Source: Tubulanus polymorphus (taxonomy: Eukaryota; Animalia; Nemertea). Taken from it: a DNA stretch of 64,000 nt. Both the position numbers and the translations under genes were made by a program. The stretch spans positions 10,850,001 through 10,914,000 of the forward strand of contig NC_134028.1 of the NCBI RefSeq assembly GCF_964204645.1. The letters are read 5' to 3'. Below the pieces are notes generated by a model. It was not told where the DNA came from and did no database searches. It saw nothing but the letters and a program-made list of their open reading frames with translations. Below, piece after piece: positions 23,066 to 36,100 of this stretch (position 1 is the stretch's first letter; each line of letters starts with the position of its first letter).

Positions 23066-24299
23066 TTACAAAAAATATTCTTGAACAATGTGATTTCTTG
23101 TTTCTTGCCCGCGATTTCCAAGTACTTCACGAACAGCCTCTTGTTCTGGCAAATCGACTTCGAAGTTTTCATCAAAATCTAAAGGTTCATTCAAGTTGAT
23201 CGCTATATTATGTAAAACCGCGCACGCAGAAAATATCTTACAGACTTTTTTTGGCTCCATACGAATTTCGCCATGAGGACAGTGGAAACGCCGCTTCAAC
23301 ACTCCAAATGTTCGTTCAATGAGGCTACGAGTCATCTTATGAGCCCTGTTATAATTCTCTTCGGACCTGTCTCCGGGCTGATGAAATGGGGTCATCAAGT
23401 ACGGTTATAATGGATAACCGCTGTCTCCCAAAACCAGTCCATTTCTCAATCCTCCGATTGCAGGATTTTCCTCAAAATACCTATTATACAAAGTATATTT
23501 AGTGAAATCGCCTCAGTTGGTAACACGCACGCACACGCACACATATATTCAATACAGTTCTTGAAAATGTGAAACTTACCTCCCGATTTGTGAAGTTCGC
23601 AGGATGTGGCTGTCGTCAGTGGCTCCTGGCCAGCGCGCTACTACATTAGTAAAACGACCTAGAAAAATATCAATTTTCTGAATCAATATTTCTTTGATCA
23701 ACTACCAAAATATGAATATGCCAATCATAATTTGGTAAGGGTTAATTACCTTTGTTGTCACAAACAGCTTGAATATTCAATGAATGATACCGCATGCGGT
23801 TTACGTAGTAATTTTCGTGATGATGTGGTCTTTGTATTCGGATGTGTGTACAGTCGATGCACCCAATAACTGATGGAAAATGGGCTATGTCATAGAATCC
23901 TTGCATTATCTCGCGCTTTGTATTTACGTCGGTTGGCCATCGAAAAAATTTTGGTATTTGGTCAACGATTGCATTTGTTACTCGAGTTATTATGCGTGAA
24001 ACGGAACTCTTCGCTATACCAAAAGTATCCCCAATTACTTGCAGAAAATGCCCTGTGGCATAAAACCGAAGCGCGATTAAAATCTGCCAAACTACTGAGA
24101 AAGGTTTCCCTCTTTCGTTATCCTGTATAGGCGTCAACGCGGCTCCGAATGTTCTCACGAGAAAATCGATACCCTCTGGTCTGAATCGAAACCGTTCTTT
24201 CAACTCATCAGCGGTAAAAACCTCTAATGGGTTAGATAACCAACGAAATTCTCTTTCTTTTCGAGCTGGCAAAATGATACTAAAAAGTAAATGCGCCAT
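23066..24299 (-). pseudogene. Harbinger (HARBI1-like) DDE transposase; exons 24299-23750, 23658-23580, 23480-23066; premature TAA at 23405-23407
   Basis: ALRFYATG, GCIDCTHI, HSLNIQAVCD, ARWPGATDDS, LGDSGYP, YNRAH...IERTFGVLKRRF, CAVLHN; GT-AG introns keep the frame. Confidence 0.92.
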
Positions 24300-27148
24300 T
24301 TTGTATTTTTCCTTAGATTTTAAGACCGGTCTTAAATATTTAAGTCCACTAATGGACGGACTTAAAAATATTAGACTTAAGACTGTGGCTTAAGCTTAAG
24401 TCTTCTCTCTGGAACAGAAAATGTCCGGTCTTAAAAAAATAAGACTGCACTTAAGATTTAAGACCACTTTTTGGACTTAAGTCTCGACTATAGAACCGGC
24501 CCCGGAACAGTGTTTGGACTTATTAATGTATAATTTAGATACTTGTAGTTTCTAAGTTTATGTCCGTGTAGTTTTGATTAAACTGATGTTACTTGTGGTT
24601 GGTGGGGAAATACAAATTATTTGTATCATACATTTTTAATTTAGTAAGTTCATTCAAAATCTGGTAGAAGGAGGGACTGTAGTGTCCTTGTATTAGTGTC
24701 AGGTTGTTTATGTAACCTAAGAAGGAGTAAGAAGAGTAAGAAGGAAGTAGTTACGTGGCGGAATAAAGCTACTTTGTTGTATTGTCCAACTGTATTCTTC
24801 GTGTTTAAACAGTTTGACGTCACAACTGCGTTGACAATCATGTCCTAAGTATCTCTATTCTTGTTTTTGTTACTGATACCGTGTGTACATATTATATGTC
24901 GATGAATTGGATGAGGAAATCCTTTTCTCCTTCAAAATGTCATAAATGCAGGTCATCGTACATTTTTATGACATAAAACCAGAGGATAGCAGACCTTCCA
25001 ACCCTGAATTTTTTTCCAAGTAACACATATCTAAATTTTAAGTATTTTCAGAAATTTCTAAGGAACCATCCCTTTAACTGGTAATTGTCATGGAAAATAA
25101 GTAGTTTCCTTAACTGAACACAAAAATCAAAATTTCATCTATCAAAATCAAATGTTTTTTTTGGTGGGACCTTCTTCGGTACGTTCTGTCTCAAGTTTAG
25201 AATCGTGTGTGTCATTAGGCTCAGATTGAGATGATGGATTTAAAGAAAAGTCGGCATAGGCAAAATTGAATTTTCAGAGAAAGCACTGAAAAATCAATAG
25301 CTATGATATTAGTTCATTGTAAGAAACAAAGCGGACAAGTCTTGAACTGTCTGGACTCATAAAAATCAGCACCACTATTGGCATAAAATTTTGTGTCACA
25401 AAAAGTGTTCCCAGTCACTCAAAAGTGACTGCATACGTAGGTTAACCAATAATCAGGGCTGTTCTTGATGTGACCAACATGTGTGCAATCAGAATTTGGA
25501 GAATGCATCTTGACATTCGAATAAACAGATAAAAGATGTTATAAGTTATGATGATTTTAGTTTATTATAAAATGTACATTATTTATGAATATTTCTAGGA
25601 TCCAGCCCAAAACACAGAGGTATCACTTATTCACAAGAGCACATCTGTAAACAAGGCCGAAGGTAAGGAATATACAAGCAGGGTCCAAAAACATCATGCG
25701 CATTATATAATGATACACAAATACCAATCGCCTAAGAAAATTTCGAAAAAATTGTTAAATGGATAATTTTCGTAGCATCTAGAGTGATTCTAGAACAAAT
25801 CATACACCAATTATTTGCCGCTGCTTATGTAACTTTCTTTAGCCCGGCTTTGAAAATGTTATGTGGGGAAAAAAGGGAGCCATTTCTGAATTTTTGGCAG
25901 TATGAACATGTCCGTTATAGATTTTTTATTTGAGCCTGATCTTTTTATAATTTGTCAATTGAGCCATGCCAAGAATTTTTGGAAATTATTTCTGCCCTTT
26001 CAGGATTTTCAAAACTATTTTTGGCAAAGAAAGCACCTTTTCCACGATTCTGAGCAGACTAGATTACTGGAAGTGCTTATGTTCAAGTAGCCTATTTATG
26101 AAGTGCATAGATGTTATGTTTTTGACAACACTGCCATAAGGAATTCACAGACATCATCACTGTTTGGGGGTAATGTGGTGAGATGGTGTTTTGTAACGAT
26201 ACATTTCAAGGGCACTAGAAAACTTTGAGGGGGTTGTGCGTGCTGCACGTGGAACTGAACGAATCCATCCCTGATAAAAAAAAAAAGAATTGTATTGTTA
26301 TAATGGACGGCCATCCAGTGGACCCAAATCTTTTTCTCATAATGAAGGGCTAGAGGGTATACATAAAATACATGTACCCATAAATACGAACAATCAAAAT
26401 TGATAAAAGCGTATCAAACATTTCCCTTAAAAACTGAAAAAATGTGTAAAAACTCAGAATTCAGTGATTAATCCGAATCTTAACCCCAGCCAGTTTTTGG
26501 GCTGCTGCGGATGTGTCTAGGGTAGATCGACCTACATGTATTAAGTAAACATCAAACCACTGAAGCATCCTCAAAGCTTTCCAAAATAACTGGACTCCGC
26601 CTATGGATGGACAAAGAGAAAAGTGAATGCAAAAATCCACTGCGACTCTCGAGTCATAAGTGGACTAAAATGTAAGACATTGCTTTTCAATTTTGAGTAT
26701 TTTGAGAAACAGGTAGGCATAGGCCTATGTGTAGTCTATCCGATCCCATTTTGACAATTCCTTTTACATTACCCCTGGTTGGGTGGGGGAAGGAGAGGTC
26801 ATGTGTTACAATATTGATGAGCCTAATTCCACATTTCTTTCAATGTTACATATGTACCAGCAACACTTCTAAAACCTAATGGTCTATACAATTGAAATAG
26901 TCTATAATCAATTGAATCAGTTCAGGAGAAATTGTGATGTAAAATCTTACCCCGCCTAATCCAAATTTGCCGGAGTAAAGCCGGAGTAAATGTTATACAT
27001 GTACAGAAACCCTTCTTTTGTTGGACTATAAGTAATAGATATCTAAATGACAGAGACCAAATAAGGTGGACCCAGATTTGTGTGGTACAACTCGCAACTC
27101 ATCAAGATCTGGATTAAAAAATGGGAAGTCGTCTGTAGCACCGCTGTT

Positions 27149-30100
27149 TTAAAGCTCTGTGTGTTTAACTTTTTCCAGTCTGTACTGCAAATCAGCATGA
27201 ATCTTTTTCAACTGAAAAAGCATAATAAAATCATATGAAAAGGGAGTTCAGAAGGAAGGAAAATCATTGAAGGAGCTGTGGTAGTAGAGGCAGGTACTTC
27301 GTGCATTGAGAAAAACAACAAGCAACAATGAGTGAGGCACCCATCAATCAATTGGACGAGCCCCCTTAACTCATCCACTCGATCGTTATTCAATGAACTC
27401 AACATCCACTCGAGGTACAAACGATACAACATATCGAGGTACAAACGATAAAAAAATTCATAAAATCTTTTCAATATGGAATGTCAGAACCACAAAAAGT
27501 ACATGCGATCGAGTCCCCAACACACGGAAATCGAGCGAAAATGTGCTAACCATCGGCAGTGTATTTGCAGGGCAGGTCACCCTACTGTGTTAAGACTTCA
27601 CTGCCATCCTAAAACTTTTATCGCCAAGCAAAAAATTGTTGTCCTTTGCCATATGCGTAGTCTTTCAGAATCAGCGTTTCATCTATCCTCGACAAAGTTG
27701 ATTTTAAACAACGTATACATGTAGTAAGTTAAGAAATCAGATGCTTCAACAGGAGTCGTTAAAATCATTGGCAGTTTGTTCGAAATGTAGCCAGCTGTCA
27801 GCAAGTACCTGGTTTCCTGGAACAGTTTAAATAGGTCTCACATCAGTCGGAGGCTCGCTTTTGGCATGATACGTGCGGTACTAACAGTAAATATATCAAC
27901 AATCACTCAGCGCTGTTGCTTGATATATTATATCCAGTCCTTACAAGATACTGGCGTAATGCAAATTATCACTATCTTCATTGACTTCAAAAAATATAGG
28001 CATTGGCGAGTCGAGGTTGAGTCCACAACTATGACGACAGAAACACATCGATTAGAGGTGAGTGCACAGGGACTGCTAAGGACTGTAAAATAGATTTGTG
28101 ATGGAGTGGACCGCCCCAACCTTTTTGTGTAAAATTGATTGGATGAGCTGGGAGGATTGATCCAAATCAATGATGGGTGCATTATATGAACAATGAGTAA
28201 GACAAAAACATTGCAAACCTTGTACTTATATTCCTCAGCTCTGCGACTCATACTATCCACAGGAAAATCTGGTGGTATTTCATTTTTTTTAGTTCGTAAA
28301 TTTATATTCTCTAATTTAGCTTTTTCTTTCATGTACTCATGTTTCTTGATTTTATGTTCGAAATGTTTCAATTCTTCCTAGAAATGAAAGATTCTACCAG
28401 AAAATGAAATTGGACTTGTTTAAACGTTTGCCAACCGGACAATTTCGATATATTCATTAAACATATCAGCAACACTATAATTTTGCATTAGACTGCAGTT
28501 TCAAAATATGTATAGATCTGATAAAAATGGAAATACCATGTTGTCCGGCAATTCAATGGCCACTGGTGAACATAAAGAGATCAATGATATTGAATTCACC
28601 TCATGAATAAATACATCACGTACCTTAAATGAAATTAACTCAATCTGTGTCATATTGGACTTTAATGCTTGAATCCATAAATCAAATACTCTTGGCTCAT
28701 TAAATTCCAGTTTACTTTCAGTTTGCTGACCATGGGTTATTTGTTCCAACTTCTGGAGGCTGTTTTTAATTCCGTGATGCATCTGTTTCAATGATTTACG
28801 TTTTTCCTTTATTTCTTGAAATGACATATCTAAAATCTTTGACGGTTCAACTGAATTTTCCGAAATACCTGAAAAATAACCAATAACTAGAATGTGGCGA
28901 AGCCACGTGTCTCCCAAGGATAATCAGTAAGCACCAATCCTAACACAAAGATTCATCCAAACCTATCAAGAATTGTAGGCTGTATCGCGCAAACGAGAAA
29001 TTCAAGATGGCTGCCTTGACGGCCTTATTTAAAGGCCCAAATTCTCTATTTTCAATTGGGATGGACATCTCACCTACCCCAATCATCATACTGAGTTTCA
29101 TGAAGATCCATAAAGCATTGAAGGCTGTATAGTGCCAACAAGATATTCAAGATGGCCACCCTGGCAGCCACATTTAATTGCCAATGACATCCATTCATTC
29201 ATTAGGGGTGAATTTGCAATACATAATGATGAAATCTTAGTGAAAGCATGTTCAACTTCGATGAAATAGGCTTACATGGTAATAGGTTTTCCCCATGACT
29301 CACTGGCACACGGCAGACTTACACTTCAGTCGAACCTAGTCAGCAAGATTCGGCTTACAATGAAAACCTTAGCAATACGGGAAATTGACAAATTAAAGTT
29401 CTGGAATTACTCGTTTGATGGCGCTAGAACCGGAAATTGGAACCAAAAATCCGCCATGTTTTTGTTCATTTGGAATAAAGATCTCTTGCTGCAAGTTTTC
29501 AATGAGCGTTTTTTCACTTACAATGCATCGTCATTATTAATCCTTCAAATATGATATCCTACCATTGGACCGTTGGATACGATAAAACCTCAGCTTGTCT
29601 AAATAAAGTCGCTGACTCCTGCTACTAGTGCACTTACGATCCCTTAAGGCTCTTTCAGGCCTAAAAACTGGCGCCTGATAAGGATCCCTTCTCTAAATAT
29701 ACCATATCGCGAATTTCAATGAAAAATGGCAAACTATAAGGAACCAACAGGTCTAGCAATTCAGGCAAATGATTACCTTCTTAGGCACAAATAAGATCAC
29801 AGGACTGTCATATTATGTCCGGCACATGCTAGGATCATAGGCTTGGGGCATATACTAAGGTCCTGGAAATGGAGCAAGGCTGATATTAAGGCTGTGAACC
29901 GAAGTTATTTTTAGCGGTTTCTTTCGAGATGACATTGGCCCTAGGGCACAGATACGTGGGGTAAGGTTGGATAACCCGGATGGCATATGTAGATTAAAAT
30001 CATTATCCGGATATGCCCCCAGAGGGCAGACCCAGAACCAGACGGGTCAGAGCCCTGAAAGAATCCGTTTGCCTCAAATCGCACTCTATTTATAATCATG

Positions 30101-33100
30101 TTACTTTTTTGCGAAAGTCCAAAACCTCCTTTCTGTTGAGGTGGTGTGATTCGGATTTGTTTGGAGTCACCTCGACATTTCGGATGGAGACTTTGGAGGT
30201 AATAAAAGAATACGCCCTAAGGCAAGAAGAATATGTGGGCTGATTATTGGACAACCAAAGGCTTGTACTATAGCCTTTTTGGGTATATCCTCGGATGTCA
30301 GGGCCAGGGGGACCCATAGACATTTTGTGGTAAAGCCAAAAATAGCTGATGTGCATGAATATTCCGTTGTTTTGGAGTGCAAATTTGAGGCTCTTAATAA
30401 ACTTTTCATTCTGTGATATTTTGGAATTTTTTAAGTTGTCTTATTGTGGGTTTGACAGTCATTCTATATTAAAGTTTACTGTTACGTACCCAGTACGTGT
30501 GCGTTTAGATACTGTATTGTGTAATGTGCATTTCCAATGGTTGTCCTGATATCACTGGGGGATATCAATACTATTGTAGTAATGCTCGCTACTGTTGAGT
30601 GGTTTAGCATAAATACTATGCCACCAGTGACACCAGACAGTTTTTGGCTTGGTCTTGTCGTCAGTATGGTCAATAAACTAAATGTATATAGTGTATGATA
30701 AGTTTCGTGGTAGGTTATTTCTACCTGGAAATCTCTTCTCGTCTATAGGTTATTTCTGACTGTAATACTAACTCTATAAAGTCGATGCCAGATTAGTCAT
30801 CACATTAGTTAAGTCGTCGCTATTTTTTAATCTCATTTTCCAATTTAATTCACTAGTGTTAGTTATCATTTGGAAAGTCGCCTCACACGATTGTCCCGAA
30901 TATGGCAAGTTTCACTGCATACATTTCCGTTACATTGATAAAAAATTTACCGTCAACTTTTAAAAGTTTATCGTACAGTTCTTTATATTCCTTTATCTTT
31001 TCTTGATGCTGTACGAACTCTTGCTTTAAATCCAAAAGTTCCGGACCTGAAAATTAATAATCAAAACAGCACTTAGGCCTAATTGAAAGATTACTTTAGT
31101 ACTGGTATGTCAATAAGTAAATAAACAGCCATAGAGGCTCAGTGGGGCAGTGTTGATGATGTTGCATTCACTGTCAATGCTGAGTCATACATGGTTTCGA
31201 GTCCTGCTGGCTACTTACAGTGTGCGAGTAACACTTCCAAACCTTTCGTAAGGTTAAATGGACAATCCAATATAAACAAAAGTAAACAAACAATATTCAA
31301 TTTACCAGTAAATCCGGATCTTTTGGCTTTATTCCACAATTTTGCTAGTGAGGGGTCTGTGTTACCATCTATATCCCCTGCTGGATCAAACACTGGTGCA
31401 GGAATTTTATTCTTATCCATTATCTTTGGTGGCTTATAATTACTTCCATCAGCTCCATAAAGTTTGTATCTGTCCATAATTGCTGATAATTAATGAAAAT
31501 AAATATTTTGTTACATGTATATCACAGTGTCTACTTGTTTCCGGTACAAGGGGAGCATACAGAGAATTTACCCAGCATTGATTTTCTGACTTTGGATTCG
31601 AATTCTCCAGCTTCATCAGAGCCATCTGATTTTCGCTTTTTTAATTCCCATTCAACCTCATCTTGTAATTTTAAATCTGAATAAAGTTCTATTAATTCAG
31701 TTTTCGTCAATCGCTTAAAAAGAAAAATAAACCAAAATGAGCCCCAGTTCAACAGGTTTCAATGTGTAGTCCAGACCGGGGTGACTGGGTTCATGCTAGT
31801 ACTACAATGTATCGTATTGTAGGGATTGCAGCCAAAGTGCCACTTTCAGGACTACTGCATGATGGACAAAGAATATTTTATGATTGAAAGTGTCTACGTT
31901 TAAGTAAGTATTAAACTTATGTGTGAAACTAGTTTGAAATATATCTTATATTCTACAAATATATCAAAGATCACTGTTTCAGACTCAGAATGTTATCAGG
32001 AATCCAGTGGAATGGTTTATTTTACGACATCTCAACTAGAAAATAGATTTTAAAGACATTTTTGGTTTCAATATCTTCACGATTTTTGCTCCGGACTAAC
32101 TAGGATTAGCAAATATGAAGCAGAGATTTGTCAAAAATATCTACTGTAATAATGTTTAGTGATTCTCCAAAATCGACGATCTTAATCCTTGTGCAGATCG
32201 GACGTATATTGAGGGTAAATTACCGTTGATTCAACAGCGGCCATTTTGAAAAATTGTGGAGAGTGTTACCACCTGTAGACTGGGACCAGAACAACAACAC
32301 AAACTAACGAAACAAAGAAATTTGAAAAATTAAGAAATCAACACTTATTCACATTTTTCTTCAACTAGAAATTTATTATTTATCATGGAAAACCCGAAGA
32401 TTTGAAACATATGTTGGAAAACCAAAAAAATAAAATTGTCCTTTCCTTATGGAAGTTTTATATAAATCCTTGCAGGTCACCTTGTCTATCGTGCCACATG
32501 TATGCAAGGGTCATACTAATAAGCGTCTGGATATTAGTGCATGCGCCGTTGGAAGCAGTCTCGAGCTTTCTCGCTCTCAGAAAAAAGTGGCATTTAGAGG
32601 TAGAAAACACGATAGAAAGATTCCACGAAGGACAGATCCCTAGGTAAGAGCAAAATGGACCATCTGCAGAGCTATTAGGTTATTGGAGAATGTCAGACAG
32701 TCAGGAAAGAATTTTTCTGGACTTGAAATTAGGCAAAAAAATGGCGGACAAAGATGGCGGACAAAATGGCGGATCTGTAGTGTTGATACCCTCCGGAAAG
32801 ACCGGCGAGCGACCCTTATGTTTACATTTTTTTCTAATGACTCTCTCAGCACAAACCGGCAGATTAAAAAAGAAAAGTAACAGTTCAACCCAGAAAGCCT
32901 CGCTAAGTCTAAGATTGACCAACAACATGGCCCAACAAACAAGGGGGCTAAGAAAAGCATTGCAACAGGAGATGATTAAAAAGATGATTGTTGTGGTATA
33001 TGTACAATTGCAGTGACAATATAAATTGCCCATGGGCAAAGTGTGGATTACCTTGAAAGCTAGAGGTTATTTGAAAGGCTGAATCCAAGAACATGTCTAT

Positions 33101-36100
33101 CGCACTTTTGAGCCCAAACATCTACTTTTACTTAGTAGCCACTTGAGAACAATAAGCAATTAACGATATCAGCTACTTTTCCAGTAGTATACATTTTAAA
33201 ACAGTCACTCTGTAATAGTATTCCTTTCAATTCGTTTGGTTTTCTATAGTGGCTGTTTCGAAGAGTCTACTATTGAAAAGTGACCATTTTGAAACATCTG
33301 GTTTCGATAGTGCACACTAGCAGTAGAGATGACTGTAAAACCACCCGCCTGTTAACGGTGACTTTGTGATAGTAACTCCTACCATAGCAGCTACTCTCAA
33401 AACACATTGTTTCTAAAAGTCAACTATTGAAAAGTGACCATTTTGAGATCGCTTGCCAGATTCCCTGTTATAAATACACGGTAGCAACATATGCTTCAAA
33501 TTTGCAGTGATATGTGACAATATAAACATACGGAAAACTCTACTCACTCTATAGTTTGGGGTATAGTTCCATTAAGAGTGACTCAGTTAAGATCCGAAGA
33601 TATTGTAGATACTCTTTGAGGATGTGAAATGTAATGAGCGATTCCCAACTCTAACCAATAAAAGTCGAGATTGGAATTAAATTTGTTTACAAATTGTCAA
33701 TAGTTATGTAGTTTTAAGATAAATCGAAATTTCCTTCTTTTCATGAATTCAATTTGAACAAATGCAGCTTTTTTCAAGCATAGGCCTGCATTTATTTTTG
33801 ATTTAAATTCTTAGATTAAAAGCACAATCATGAATTCAGGCTAACCTCTCATTATTGAAATGGTGGTTTATTTTCAACGGGGCCTGGTTGTCTTTGCATC
33901 TTAAGTTAAGATGTGCATTTTGGAGTGTCTGAATTTCCCCGAATCCTTATTTCGCAAAATCATTGATTTTTTAAAAACAAAATATGCTTTATCCATGTGG
34001 ATTTTAAAAATTCTAAGAGAGCCCATATTTGATCGAATTTAATAGAAGAAACTTTGTATGGTATTCAAGATATCATTTGGATTATGGTAACAGCCTTTGG
34101 TGATCGTCCCTGGGGTCATGAATGAAGAAATCCCGTAATAGAATTTTAAATATGATAAAATTTGTTATGGTGAAACCGCAACGTTTCGACTGTTGACTAA
34201 CAGCCATCAGCAGGTGGAATGTAGGCATTCCTAGTGAGAAGGGCTTTTAGTCAGATGGCTGTCAGTCAACAGCCGAAACGTTGTGGTTCAACTTTAATAA
34301 ATTTCATGATACAAAATTCTATTGTGGAATTTCTTCATTTATCTACAGTTAACACGGTTTAGAGTATTTTATTCGACTTCTTCGGGTCCTGTAGCCGTTT
34401 AGATCGAAAATTATTTACTTTTCGGCACAGAAGGGATATACAACCGAGTTTGTCGCTATGCGAGGGATTCCCTGTATATCTGCACCATAAAGCGGTACCC
34501 TTGTTGGTTCTAGCCTGCATTCGCTTCCAAATTCAAGTATTGGTAACGTTGGTTTACGATAATTTGAGAAAAAAAGAGGTTAGTTGGAGAAAACTGACGA
34601 TTATCTTATAATTCAGCGATTCATTGGTTCATCGATTCGTAAAAATAAAATATAGTCTCATAGAGATATTGCGGTGCAAGTTTATTACTATTAAGAGAGG
34701 TGATTACTTTTGGTTCGTGGTCTTTAGGAGGTTAGTGCAGTTAGTTCATTGGTTCATCAATCACTGTCTAGTTAGCCAGTGTAATTGACCTGCTGACCGA
34801 TAGCTGCTGCTGAGTTGTTGATAACCTATATTAACAATTTACTCAACAAAGTAGGAAAGTATGTGAAACTGAAATTACAGCCTATTACATTTCTTTCACT
34901 ACTTAAGCCAAACGAAGTTTTCTCTATCAAATGAAATTGCTGATTTCAAAATTACGTGAACATCTCAACACTCAACTCTTATACGCTAATCCTTTGATCT
35001 TTCATAATACTCGGTAATTTCATTTCAACCAAACTATATAACTACGAACTAAGATTTTGATTAGGGTATCACTTCTAGCAAGCGATAAAACGATTTTCAA
35101 GAACGAACAAGCAGAGAACCGCGTGACAAAGTGAACATCACATGGATTACTTAAAAATCATTTGTATCGAAATAAACAATAAATTCAAGGTTAATTCTAA
35201 GTATTTTAGATACATTTTTTTCGTAATTCATTTTCTCAACATATGATTTTATTTGTATATTCCTCTCTCATATACCCTTAAAAACAAATTAAGCCTAAAA
35301 GACAAATTTATTTTTTGTCTTTCTTTTCTACAAAATCAAAGATTTATGAACGCACCAGAATGTTTTATAATCGCAAATCTTAAAATTCTAGGACTGGCAC
35401 TATATTTTCGTATTAATGGATTTAATCCATGATGATATAATTTAGGGGATTCTCAGCAACTCAAAAACTTAGATTTTCTATTCACAGAACTGTATTCAAA
35501 GCATACAGAGTTCTGTATACAAAGCAGATAGGGTTTAACAGTACCTTTGACCCTGTCACGTATCACTGCAAATCTTAAACAGATGCTGCTATTTTGAACA
35601 GGAAATTACCATGCCATCTCAAAATGGTCACTTTTCAATAGTTGACTTTTAGAAACGACGTGTTTTGAGAGTAGCTGTTATGGTAAGAGTTACTATCACA
35701 AAGTCACTGTTGACAGACGGGTGGTTATACAGTCACCTCTACTGCTAGTGTACACTATCGAAACCAGATGTTTTAAAATGGTCACTTTTCAATAGTAGAC
35801 TCTTCGAAACAGCCACTATAGAAAACCAACCGAATTGAAAGGAATGCTACTTCAGAGTGACTGTTTTGAAAGGTATACTGCTGGAAAAGTAGCTGATATC
35901 GTTAATTGCTTATTGTTCTCAAGTGGCTACTAAGTAAAAGTAGACGTTTGGGCTCAAAATTGCGATAGACATGTTCTTGGATTCAGCCTTTCATTTGGAG
36001 TAAGGGCATTGCTTGAAAAATCTTTCATAATTCGTTTTTCATCTTGAATAATTCGTGACTTCAAAGTTCTAGAAGTTTATATTGTATTTTATGTTTCTTG

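Larger units (their letters stand above)
19106..24502. mobile_element. PIF/Harbinger DNA transposon, full length
   Basis: 26-bp TIRs GGGCCGGTTCYATAGTCGAGACTTAA, 3-bp TSD CGG (19103-19105, 24503-24505), convergent Myb/SANT and transposase genes. Confidence 0.92.

Noticed and set aside
32400-33040. Several overlapping short ORFs as a possible LRPAP1 first exon or separate gene
   Set aside because: No recognisable motifs; the real exon 1 is at 47798-47661.
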